Below are positions 20,175 through 29,012 of a DNA stretch of 46,435 nucleotides, in pieces (positions within the stretch are counted from its first letter, which is position 1; every line of letters begins with the position of its first letter). Below the pieces are notes generated by a model. It saw only the letters and a program-made list of their open reading frames with translations. It did not search any database and was not told the DNA's origin. Location: positions 1-46,435 of the forward strand of contig JBHLOI010000028.1 in the NCBI GenBank assembly GCA_048940645.1, in the 5' to 3' direction. Both the position numbers and the translations under genes were made by a program. This DNA is from Promethearchaeota archaeon (lineage in GTDB: Archaea > Asgardarchaeota > Lokiarchaeia > Sigyniarchaeales > SOKP01).

Positions 20175-20687
20175 ATGGGAGCAGGAAAGAATTTAATTAA
20201 GGGTATTATTTTTATGGGCATCTATATAGTAATTACAATGGTGATACCTTATTTCACATTTACTTGGATTAAAGATTTGAGTGATCTAGGCATTCCAATA
20301 GTACTTGAACAGCAGGAGTATGAATCTATTATTTTTTGGATTTCTGCTTTTGGATTATTAATTAGCTCCTTGGCATTTTTCTCCTATTCCTCCCCCAAAC
20401 AATCAATACGTAAGGGAGTATTTGCATTAATTCAGATATTAGTAAATAGCCTGTATATATGGAGCTATAAGTTTTCTGGAGCAGCTGATATTTTATTCCA
20501 ATTTAGTGCCTCCCAACATATTACTGGATACCTTTTCTTAAATTTCCAAAACATGATTATGGTATATCTAGGGATATACTTTCTTACTATTCTTTTAAAA
20601 GGCTATGATTTAGCTGACTTCATTATTAATAGAGAAAAAATTCGTGAAAAAAGATATGGAATTAGCGGAGGTTATGATAGAGAATGA
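20175..20687 (+). CDS. Hypothetical 4-TM membrane protein
   Basis: Four hydrophobic segments, strong SD, ATGA overlap with the next gene. Confidence 0.75.
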   Translation: MGAGKNLIKGIIFMGIYIVITMVIPYFTFTWIKDLSDLGIPIVLEQQEYESIIFWISAFGLLISSLAFFSYSSPKQSIRKGVFALIQILVNSLYIWSYKFSGAADILFQFSASQHITGYLFLNFQNMIMVYLGIYFLTILLKGYDLADFIINREKIREKRYGISGGYDRE

Positions 20688-21088
20688 TATTTCAAGCTGT
20701 AGATTTTCTACAAGTATTAGCTGAAATAATAGGTGCAATTCTAAATTTTTTAAAACCAATTGTAAGTCCAATTGGAGCTTGGATGATTAATTGGATAGAA
20801 GTCGTACTTAGAATTTTTCCAAAAAATGATTTAACCTTATATATAATATTATTCGTGATAATAATCATAATTGGCGCGATTACTAATATATTATGGCCTG
20901 GAGACAAACCACCTAGATTTTTGGAAAAAAAGTATAAATTGATTGAACTTGAGAAAGAACCTGAACGTGTAGAATATAAAACACTTTTTAAAAGAGAACC
21001 TACTGAAGAATTAAAAAAATTTGGAGATGAATTTAAAGAACCGGGAAAGGACTACAAAGAATCAGCGGATGAATATGAAGATTTTTAA
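20684..21088 (+). CDS. Hypothetical membrane protein with a charged/acidic C-terminal tail
   Basis: Amphipathic N-terminus, TM LYIILFVIIIIIGAITNIL, E/K-rich tail, translational coupling to the upstream gene. Confidence 0.7.
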   Translation: MIFQAVDFLQVLAEIIGAILNFLKPIVSPIGAWMINWIEVVLRIFPKNDLTLYIILFVIIIIIGAITNILWPGDKPPRFLEKKYKLIELEKEPERVEYKTLFKREPTEELKKFGDEFKEPGKDYKESADEYEDF

Positions 21089-21109
21089 AAAAGATAATTA
21101 AAATTTAAT

Positions 21110-21736
21110 TTATTTTTTAATTTTTTGCACTAAATCAGCCACTCTTTTTCCTAAATCTTTGGCTATTAACCCTGCCAGTTCATCGATTTCTCCTTTCCCG
21201 ATAAATTCTTTTAAATTAAATTTTTGTAAGCTTGTTATAGGGATGTTGCCTTCAATTACAGGAGATCCAAGATTGTTTGCTACTACAATCATTCCTTGGA
21301 TAAGCGCAAAATTTATTAGATCTGAAATAACTCCTTCTCCTCCATTCCTTAAACCAGTAGATGCCAAAGGAGCAAATATGACATCTTTCAATAAATATTT
21401 TTTCATTTTCCATGGCCTTGATCGGTCAATTAACGCTTTTATTTGAGAGCTCACAGATCCAAAATAATTAGGAGCAGCAATTAATATCGCGGCAGATCCT
21501 AAAATTTTTTCTTCTAACTTATTCATATCATCATTTTCATTAAGAGGGCAATCATTAGGTGGTCTTAAACATTGATCACATCCATTGCAAGGAGTGATAT
21601 TATAATCAGAAATTTGAATTTTCTCTATTTCATAATCGTTGGAGATTGAATTTATTCCCTCTATAGCTTGATCAATTAAAAAATTACAGCTCCTATTTTT
21701 ACGTGGAGATCCTACAATAAGACTAATTTTTGTCAA
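21110..21736 (-). CDS. Iron-sulfur flavoprotein / NADPH-dependent FMN reductase family
   Basis: GSPRKN, Cx2Cx2Cx6C, APNYFGSVS, IDRS, RNGGE. Confidence 0.9.
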   Translation of the reverse strand: MTKISLIVGSPRKNRSCNFLIDQAIEGINSISNDYEIEKIQISDYNITPCNGCDQCLRPPNDCPLNENDDMNKLEEKILGSAAILIAAPNYFGSVSSQIKALIDRSRPWKMKKYLLKDVIFAPLASTGLRNGGEGVISDLINFALIQGMIVVANNLGSPVIEGNIPITSLQKFNLKEFIGKGEIDELAGLIAKDLGKRVADLVQKIKK

Positions 21737-21860
21737 TTTATTTTCTCACTTAAATTATTATTTTACTATACTATTTAATGTGTTATATCACATTTAAATT
21801 TGTAATCGCCCTAATTAGATATAAAAAGAATATATTTTACCTTTTTGAGAAAAAATTAGT

Positions 21861-22604
21861 ATGAGTTTTAAAGATAAGCTCTGCCAATATAAACAGAGAA
21901 AAGATCTAATAGATGAACTTGATTTTTATAAATCAATGATCTCAAAGAGAATAGAAAATAAAAGTTTTAAATTCGCATTAGAAAAAATTGAATCCGCAAT
22001 AATTCTCATCAAAGAAAACCAACCTTATTATGACTTAGATATTGAACTTTCAGAATTCGAAAATCTAAAAGAGGAAATTATTTCTGAGTTAGAATTGTGT
22101 CAAAAACTTTATACCAGGCGTTATAGTAATTTATTAAAAGAAAGTCTGACTGAATCTAATATAGAGAATTTTTTGAGATTATTAGCAATGCTCAAGGGTG
22201 AAGTAGATGAAAACTTAGATAATTTTAACCTTAAAGATTTATCTGCTAGAATAAACAAGTATTTTATTTTTTTGAAAAGATTGTATATAATAATTAGTTC
22301 TTATAAAGTACTAAACTATCACGGAGCCTCGAATAAAATATTAGAATTTGTAAAAGAAATAAAAAGTGAGGATTATCCGAATATTAAAGCACTGATTTTT
22401 TATATTTACCAAGATTTACTAAATAATCAATTCTCGAATTTCTCAAAACAATATGATAAGTTATCGATTACAGAATTATCTGAAAAATTAGCAATAAATC
22501 AAGATAGTTTGTCTCATTTTTTGGGTATTATCATGAAAGACCCAAATTGCCCTATTAAAAAATATAATACCTATACTCAAGAAGTAATCTTTAGCAGATA
22601 TTAA
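21861..22604 (+). CDS. Helical protein with a C-terminal PCI-like winged-helix domain
   Basis: All-alpha body ending in FSKQYDKLSITELSEKLAINQDSLSHFLGIIM...YNTYTQEVIF. Confidence 0.6.
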   Translation: MSFKDKLCQYKQRKDLIDELDFYKSMISKRIENKSFKFALEKIESAIILIKENQPYYDLDIELSEFENLKEEIISELELCQKLYTRRYSNLLKESLTESNIENFLRLLAMLKGEVDENLDNFNLKDLSARINKYFIFLKRLYIIISSYKVLNYHGASNKILEFVKEIKSEDYPNIKALIFYIYQDLLNNQFSNFSKQYDKLSITELSEKLAINQDSLSHFLGIIMKDPNCPIKKYNTYTQEVIFSRY

Positions 22605-22620
22605 ATCATTATTTTTCGAT

Positions 22621-23544
22621 TTATAATCCACGATAGAACTCATTTCTTAGAATATTTGGATGAGTTAACCCGTAATTTATTACTTCTAAAATCTTCTCTT
22701 TATCTTTCTCCAGGACTCCCTTTATGGGCAAATAATTGCTAGCGTGATTGGATCGGAAGATGCAGTTGGCATTTTTATTCTCAAAATTAATTGTATTAAT
22801 AAATATTTTTAATTCATGAAGGATCTCTGAGGAGCCCATTTCTTTAAATTGGCCCTTACTTTGTTTCTTGTATATAACAGTACCAGGGGGTATCATAAGA
22901 GATAGGAATGCAATATACCAAATTCTATCATCCTTTGGGCAAATTTTATTTACTAAATCTGCAGATTCCTTGGCATGTTTTTCTGAAATCTCAGGATGAT
23001 TAGCACCTCCAAGTCCATTAATAAATGTTGCTGATAAGGTTATATTAGCCTTAAATAATTTTTTAGAAGCTTCAATGTATTCAGCTTTGGTAGCATGTTT
23101 GTGTACTTCCTTTAATAATGGGTCATAACCCGACTCAAACCCTACATACGCAATTTTGAGTCCTGCGTCTGATAATAACTTCAATTGGGCATCGGATTTT
23201 TTAATTATATCTTTTGCATGAGCGTAAACTCCTATCCTATCTAATTTTGGAAAAATTTTCATAGCATAATTCGTTAAATCGATTAATTTTTCTGTTGGTG
23301 TCACCAAAGCATTCCCATCTAAAAAGAAAATCCTACGTACAAAAGACCCATTTTGATTTTTTGCAATATCTAAATCCTTTTTAACTTCTTTAAGATCTCT
23401 TATTTTGAAATCCTTTCTAAGATTTGATACACAAAAATCACATTTATAAGTACAACCCTCTGTTAATTGAATTAACAAAGAATGAGCTTCGCTTGGTGGA
23501 CGAAAAACAGGGTGACAATAATATATATTATCGTTCTTTACCAT
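22621..23544 (-). CDS. Radical SAM protein of unknown function (RPPSE family)
   Basis: RPPSEAHS, CTYKCDFC, FLDGN, GFESG, RSNHASNY. Confidence 0.9.
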   Translation of the reverse strand: MVKNDNIYYCHPVFRPPSEAHSLLIQLTEGCTYKCDFCVSNLRKDFKIRDLKEVKKDLDIAKNQNGSFVRRIFFLDGNALVTPTEKLIDLTNYAMKIFPKLDRIGVYAHAKDIIKKSDAQLKLLSDAGLKIAYVGFESGYDPLLKEVHKHATKAEYIEASKKLFKANITLSATFINGLGGANHPEISEKHAKESADLVNKICPKDDRIWYIAFLSLMIPPGTVIYKKQSKGQFKEMGSSEILHELKIFINTINFENKNANCIFRSNHASNYLPIKGVLEKDKEKILEVINYGLTHPNILRNEFYRGL

Positions 23545-23562
23545 AATTATTATTCTTTACTT

Positions 23563-24246
23563 TTACTTCTCATTCTCCTCTTCTGCATCTTGAGGCTTTT
23601 TAGGACATGACTTAAGATGTCGTCCTAATCTAACAAATTCTTTACCACAATAAGGACACACTTGCTTTTCTTTTTCTTCATCTTCTTTAGCTTGAGATTT
23701 GGGTGTAGTAGTTTTTTTTCTCTTCTTCTTACGACTTGGGAGCACATCATCTATATTAACATCATCAGGAGCAAATTCACAAGTGGGTATGTGGGATCTT
23801 AAATCTTCAAAGATTTCACCGCAAAATGGACATTCTAAATCTCCAAATTCTTCAGCCTCGATTATTTCATCTTTTCCAACTTTTCGTTTTTCAAATTTTA
23901 GGGGTTCTTCTTCCTCTTCTTCTTCAAATTCATCAAAAGTTAAGTCAATTTCGTCTTCTCCCGTGAGTTCTTTAAGTTCGAATTCCTCTAAACTAATCTT
24001 TTTCTCTAAAATCTTTTTTTCCGCAATTTTTCTACTCTCTTCATAAATTTCTTGTATTTTATTATTAGATTTTACAGGATCATAGATTGAACATACCTGG
24101 CACACGTAAGCTCTCCTACCTAGTATTAAATCTCTTGAAGGACAGACACATAAAGGTTGTAGACTGTTAGAAATATCTCCTAACGGTTTTAGATGCTTAC
24201 AAGCTATTTTTCTAGAATATTTAATTTTCTGTTTTCGACGTGGTAT
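23563..24246 (-). CDS. Multi-zinc-finger protein: Cys-rich N-terminus, acidic linker, two C2HC fingers
   Basis: CKH..CVC..CQVC, then CPFCGEIFEDLRSHIPTC and CPYCGKEFVRLGRHLKSC. Start inferred at ATA 24246 after a GGTGAT SD; the track uses TTG at 24327. Confidence 0.75.
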   Translation of the reverse strand: MPRRKQKIKYSRKIACKHLKPLGDISNSLQPLCVCPSRDLILGRRAYVCQVCSIYDPVKSNNKIQEIYEESRKIAEKKILEKKISLEEFELKELTGEDEIDLTFDEFEEEEEEEPLKFEKRKVGKDEIIEAEEFGDLECPFCGEIFEDLRSHIPTCEFAPDDVNIDDVLPSRKKKRKKTTTPKSQAKEDEEKEKQVCPYCGKEFVRLGRHLKSCPKKPQDAEEENEK

Positions 24247-24335
24247 AATAACATCACCAAAAGAAGTAATTAAAATAATATAACTTAGAATATATTTTTT
24301 TTCATTATTAAAAAGAGTAAATTTCAAAAAGAGTT

Positions 24336-25913
24336 TTAATAGTTATATCTTATAAATTTGAGGTCATTAATTATTTTCTCTTTTATTTCAGAATTCTCAA
24401 CATTTGGTATTAACTCATCAACTAGATCTCTTAATTCAATTATTTTTTCACTAAGTAATTCAGGTTTACTCCAGAGAGATTTTCTCAAAGGATGACTATG
24501 AATTATAGCTTTATTATAATTTTCTATAGCTTCTTTATAAAAAAGACATGCACTATCATAATTTTTAAGTCTTGTTTGATATATTGTAGCAATTTTATTA
24601 TAACTCATACCAGCTCCAGCATAATCCATCACTTTTCCAAAATATATAGCTGAGTTTTCAATTTTTTTCAAGGCATCCTTTAAAATTTGTATATCTCCTT
24701 TTTTTAAAGAAATATATCCAATTATGTAGCTTGCTACTCCTAAATAAAACAATTCGTCATTTTGCTTAGACAACCTGAATAATTCATCTGCAAATTCCTC
24801 TGCTAGAACTAAATGATTATTTGAAATGCATAATTTTGCTACAGTTCTCAATAAATCCAAAACACGATTAATATCATCTAATTCTTTATACTTTTCGATA
24901 CCTTTGCGGTATCTTTCAATTCCTGTAAATGTATCCTTATTCTGGAATGCCTTATTTCCCTCATATATTAAATATTCAGCTTGTTCTTTTAGATTGGTAG
25001 AATCAGAAAGATTTTCCTGATTTGATGTGTCATAGAAAAGGTTGCTAAATCCAAAAGAAAAATCCTCATTCATAGGTATATCAACCAAATCCTTTGGTTC
25101 AGTTCTGATATCTATTTCAGATATTATCCTTTCTGAGTTTAAATCATTTTTTTCGAAATTTTGATTATTTTTATAGTTAGATTCTAATTTGTCATCCTCT
25201 TTATAAGCTGATTGTAAAGGCTTACCAGCAGAAACTAATGCAGACAGCTCAGATAAAACATTTGCAAAAAAGTATTTATTTAAACCTTTAACTATATAAT
25301 CAACTTTATGATAGTTATTTTCAAATTGAGGAGAATTTGGATTCATAGTTACATCATTTATTCTATAAATTTCAAATCCAGTGTCATATTTAGTAAGAAT
25401 GTTCTCACCAATCTTCTCCTCTTTCTTTTTTCCTAATAAAGTATGATCAAACACTAATCCGCAAAAATCAGGATTATTTTCTTGAAACCATAATTGGTTT
25501 CTTAAGTCAATATCAGAAAAGAAAAGACTTAATCCAGGATGAGAATGAAACCAACCTACAACGTAATGGCCTTTATCTTCAGAGTATAATTTGTCTTCTA
25601 TTTCTGATATGAATACATAATGTCTATTATCTAGTTGAACATCAGCATCATGTCCAAAAGTTAAAGCATATGCATTTTCTACATAAACAAAATCATCATC
25701 AGAGTAACCTGTTAAAATTCCATAGATTTCCTTCCAATCTTTTGGTGGGATGGCTTGATTAGAATATCTACTAGCATATAAGATAATCGTCTTATAAGCT
25801 TCAGCATTAATAATTACTGGTTTAGTTACTTTTTCTTCTTTTTCTTCTTGTTCCTTTTGTTCCTCTTCAATCTCTTGTTTTCCGTTATTTTCTCTTTTAA
25901 ATTCTTCTGTCAT
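24336..25913 (-). CDS. MPN+/JAMM metalloprotease (Rpn11/CSN5-like) fused to a C-terminal TPR/alpha-SNAP-like solenoid
   Basis: KEIYGIL...VVGWFHSHPGLSLFFSDID is a complete E-HxHx7SxxD motif. GLVFD follows, then helical repeats in the C-terminal ~220 aa. Confidence 0.88.
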   Translation of the reverse strand: MTEEFKRENNGKQEIEEEQKEQEEKEEKVTKPVIINAEAYKTIILYASRYSNQAIPPKDWKEIYGILTGYSDDDFVYVENAYALTFGHDADVQLDNRHYVFISEIEDKLYSEDKGHYVVGWFHSHPGLSLFFSDIDLRNQLWFQENNPDFCGLVFDHTLLGKKKEEKIGENILTKYDTGFEIYRINDVTMNPNSPQFENNYHKVDYIVKGLNKYFFANVLSELSALVSAGKPLQSAYKEDDKLESNYKNNQNFEKNDLNSERIISEIDIRTEPKDLVDIPMNEDFSFGFSNLFYDTSNQENLSDSTNLKEQAEYLIYEGNKAFQNKDTFTGIERYRKGIEKYKELDDINRVLDLLRTVAKLCISNNHLVLAEEFADELFRLSKQNDELFYLGVASYIIGYISLKKGDIQILKDALKKIENSAIYFGKVMDYAGAGMSYNKIATIYQTRLKNYDSACLFYKEAIENYNKAIIHSHPLRKSLWSKPELLSEKIIELRDLVDELIPNVENSEIKEKIINDLKFIRYNY

Positions 25914-26003
25914 TTTAAAATAACAAATTCTTTATTGAAGTAGATATATCTTCCTTAAAATATAATAAAATAATTCTTAAATAAAATTATGTGTTCATTC
26001 TCT

Positions 26004-26528
26004 TTATTTTTTTAATTCTTCATTCTTTGCTTTTTCTGCCAATTTAAGTACCTTTCTAGCAAAATCCAAATTAGGTAAAATTTCTAATGCTTTCTTCAAA
26101 GCTTCAATCGCTTTTGTATATAATTTTCTTTTGTAATATGCTGAACCCAAATTGGTCCAAGCAGATTCATCCTTAGGGTTATGCTTTAAAGCATTTTTAC
26201 TAGCAATGATAGCTTTATCAAAATTTCCCTTATCAATATATACAGAGCTAAGTTCAGACCATGTGTTTGCTAGATTAGGATTTAATTCTAAAGCTTGTTT
26301 TAATGCTTCAATAGCATTTTCATATTCCTTAATTTCATAATAGATATATCCCAAGTTATGCCAATTAATTGCTTCATTTGGATTAATTTCAATGCCCTTT
26401 TTATAAGCCTCAATAGCTCTATTATATTGATTATTTTGAAAATATAAAAATCCAATTTCTATCCATGCATTTGAATTATGTGGGTCATCTTTCAAGACTT
26501 CTTTTAAGGCTTCAATTTTTTTTGACAT
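26004..26528 (-). CDS. Stand-alone TPR protein (about 4 canonical repeats)
   Basis: W..LG..Y....Y..AI.A.KKA.E.NP repeats at 34-aa spacing. Confidence 0.95.
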   Translation of the reverse strand: MSKKIEALKEVLKDDPHNSNAWIEIGFLYFQNNQYNRAIEAYKKGIEINPNEAINWHNLGYIYYEIKEYENAIEALKQALELNPNLANTWSELSSVYIDKGNFDKAIIASKNALKHNPKDESAWTNLGSAYYKRKLYTKAIEALKKALEILPNLDFARKVLKLAEKAKNEELKK

Positions 26529-26545
26529 TGTTATTTAAATTTTCT

Positions 26546-27103
26546 TTAACTTTCAAAAATTGATCGCATAAATCGAATTTTAATCTTTATCGGTGCTAGA
26601 GGAATGTTGCTTACTTGAGCACTTCCTGGTTTAGTTTTTATTAATATAAAATGGCAGCCTATATCTAAACTTTTTAATATTTTTGTTATTTCCTCAATTT
26701 TTGTTATCTTGACTATTGATTTAAAACCAGCACCTTGAGCAATAATTTCTAGATTTGTTTTATTGCTAGTATATGTGCATTGATCTCCTGTAGAACCGTA
26801 AGATCCATTATCTATTACGATTAGAGTTAGATTATTTGGACTTAGATTAGCAATAGTACTTAAGCTACCGAGATTCATGAGCAATGAGCCATCTCCCTCT
26901 ATACACCATATCTTTTTTCTTGGTTGAGCAATTGCCAGTCCAAAAGCTATTGAAGATGCTAAACCCATTGAGCCCATCATATAGAAGTTTTGAGGGCGAT
27001 CTTTAAGATGATACAATTCTTTTGAAGGAATTCCAATATTACATACTACTAACTCTTCATTTAAAACTTCCACTATCTTATTTATAGCATCTATTCTTTT
27101 CAT
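26546..27103 (-). CDS. comE: Sulfopyruvate decarboxylase beta subunit (or phosphonopyruvate decarboxylase-like)
   Basis: NIGIPSKEL, FYMMGSMG, ThDP motif GDGSLLMN...IDN, YGSTGDQ. Confidence 0.85.
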   Translation of the reverse strand: MKRIDAINKIVEVLNEELVVCNIGIPSKELYHLKDRPQNFYMMGSMGLASSIAFGLAIAQPRKKIWCIEGDGSLLMNLGSLSTIANLSPNNLTLIVIDNGSYGSTGDQCTYTSNKTNLEIIAQGAGFKSIVKITKIEEITKILKSLDIGCHFILIKTKPGSAQVSNIPLAPIKIKIRFMRSIFES

Positions 27104-27600
27104 TTTTTTTCACTCCATAAAGATTTTTGTAGAAGAACGCCAACTGAAGAATTATTTTCTTGGCTATAGAGAATTGCCTTGTTTAGTTTAATGATTTCCT
27201 TACTGGAACTTATTGACCACGTTTTTACGTCAATTACGTCTAAGAGTTTAGTGGTTATTTTTCCCATTGGTATTTGAGCCAAGATTTTCTCATTTTTTCC
27301 TCCTCTATGGGTCATAATAAAAATTACGGGAATATCATATAGTTCTAATAGAGACTTTATAGCATTAATTGAATTTCCTAAACCCGAATTTTGCATTAAG
27401 ATTACAGGATGTTTTCCTCCAAGATAAGCCCCTGCCGCTATTCCAACACCTTCTTCCTCACGGGTCACAGGAATATGTAATATTTCTTTTCTTTCATTTA
27501 TTAAGTCTAAAATACCTTTCAATAAAATGCATGGTACTGATAACACTAAATCTATAACCGAATTATTTATTATGTCATATAACTTTTGATCTATATTCAT
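27100..27600 (-). CDS. comD: Sulfopyruvate decarboxylase alpha subunit
   Basis: SVPC, REEEGVG, MQNSGLGN, HRG, AQIPMG. ATGA overlap with comE. Confidence 0.85.
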   Translation of the reverse strand: MNIDQKLYDIINNSVIDLVLSVPCILLKGILDLINERKEILHIPVTREEEGVGIAAGAYLGGKHPVILMQNSGLGNSINAIKSLLELYDIPVIFIMTHRGGKNEKILAQIPMGKITTKLLDVIDVKTWSISSSKEIIKLNKAILYSQENNSSVGVLLQKSLWSEKK

Positions 27601-27712
27601 GCGAAATTGTTAACTCAGCTTTATTTAATTATATTCATTAATATGCAAACAGCTAAAAAATTTGATATTATTGTTTTAAAATAATAAAAAATTCCTGTAA
27701 AGTAAATACTAA

Positions 27713-28969
27713 ATGAAAGCTCTTCTCTTTGAATACAAAATTCCCAGACTAGCAATTGCAAAAGTTACTGGTTCATTAAATAGAAGGGGATACCTCTCTA
27801 GATTTGGGCCTTTAAGAATAAAAGAATTTCCTTATCCAAAAATTAAAGCAAACGATTGGTATGTGATTAAAACAAAATTTTGTGGAATATGTGGTTCAGA
27901 CCATAAACAAATTTTTTTAGATGGTAATATCGATAATCCTATGACTGCGCTTATCTCTTGGCCTCAAATTCTTGGACATGAAGCTGTTGGTATAATTGAT
28001 AAAGTTGGAAAGGCTTTAAAGCTTAAAATTGGAGATCGAGTTGCTTTAAATCCTTGGATTAGTTGTGAACCGCGAGGTATCACACCTTTATGTAAATCAT
28101 GTAAAGAAGGTAAAAAGTCTCTATGTAGAAATTTTTCAAAAGGAATATTAAACTCTGGTATCCACACAGGTAATAGTAGTGATGCTACAGGTGGATTTGC
28201 CGAATTTTTTCCGGCACATAAAGTAATGGCGATTCCTATTCCTGATAACATTTCATGGGATCAAGCTATTCTTTCAGATCCATTTTCTGTTGCGTTTCAT
28301 TCGGTTTTAAAAGTAAATTTACAACCTGGCTTAATATGTGCTGTTTATGGATGCGGTAATTTAGGATTATTAACAATACATATCCTAAAGAATATTTTTA
28401 AAGATATAACTATAATAGCTATCGCTAAATTTTCTCATCAAGCGAATATGGCAAAAAAATTTGGAGCAGATTTAGTTATAAGGGCATCACCACCCTATAA
28501 TATTATTGAAAAAGTAGCAGATTACGTTGATTGCGATATATACTACTTAAAAAAGAAAAAACCTTGGTTAATTGAGGGGGTTGATATCCTTTTTGATACT
28601 GTTGGTTCACCTGAAACACTTGAAACTGGAATACGATTCGTAAAAGCCCGAAAGAAAAGTCAAACACTAAATAGTTCTGGGGTAATAGTTGTTACTGGAG
28701 TTTCATCACCCCAACGCTATGAATGGACGCCTTGGTATTTTAAAGAAATTAATATTATTGGAAGTAATGCATTTGCTATAGAAGAATATGAAGATCGAAA
28801 AGAACATGCATATTATCACTACTTTCGATTTATTAGTGAAGGAAAAATAGATCCCACTCCAATGATTACTCATAAATTTTCGTTATCTCAATATAAAAAA
28901 GCATTTTTAGCTGCTCACTATCAAGATAAATATAAAGCTATTAAAGTAGTGTTTAAATTTGAACATTAA
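27713..28969 (+). CDS. Zn-dependent MDR dehydrogenase, paralog 1
   Basis: GICGSD, GHE, structural Zn site Cx8Cx2Cx7C, YGCGNLG. Confidence 0.92.
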   Translation: MKALLFEYKIPRLAIAKVTGSLNRRGYLSRFGPLRIKEFPYPKIKANDWYVIKTKFCGICGSDHKQIFLDGNIDNPMTALISWPQILGHEAVGIIDKVGKALKLKIGDRVALNPWISCEPRGITPLCKSCKEGKKSLCRNFSKGILNSGIHTGNSSDATGGFAEFFPAHKVMAIPIPDNISWDQAILSDPFSVAFHSVLKVNLQPGLICAVYGCGNLGLLTIHILKNIFKDITIIAIAKFSHQANMAKKFGADLVIRASPPYNIIEKVADYVDCDIYYLKKKKPWLIEGVDILFDTVGSPETLETGIRFVKARKKSQTLNSSGVIVVTGVSSPQRYEWTPWYFKEINIIGSNAFAIEEYEDRKEHAYYHYFRFISEGKIDPTPMITHKFSLSQYKKAFLAAHYQDKYKAIKVVFKFEH

Positions 28970-29012
28970 ATAATTGGCAGGGATAATTGAGTTGAAAAAT
29001 GAAGAAAAAACT

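Noticed and set aside
26546-27600. comDE as evidence for methanogenesis or alkane oxidation
   Set aside because: No mcr or other CoM genes are in the window, and ComDE-like enzymes occur in non-methanogens.
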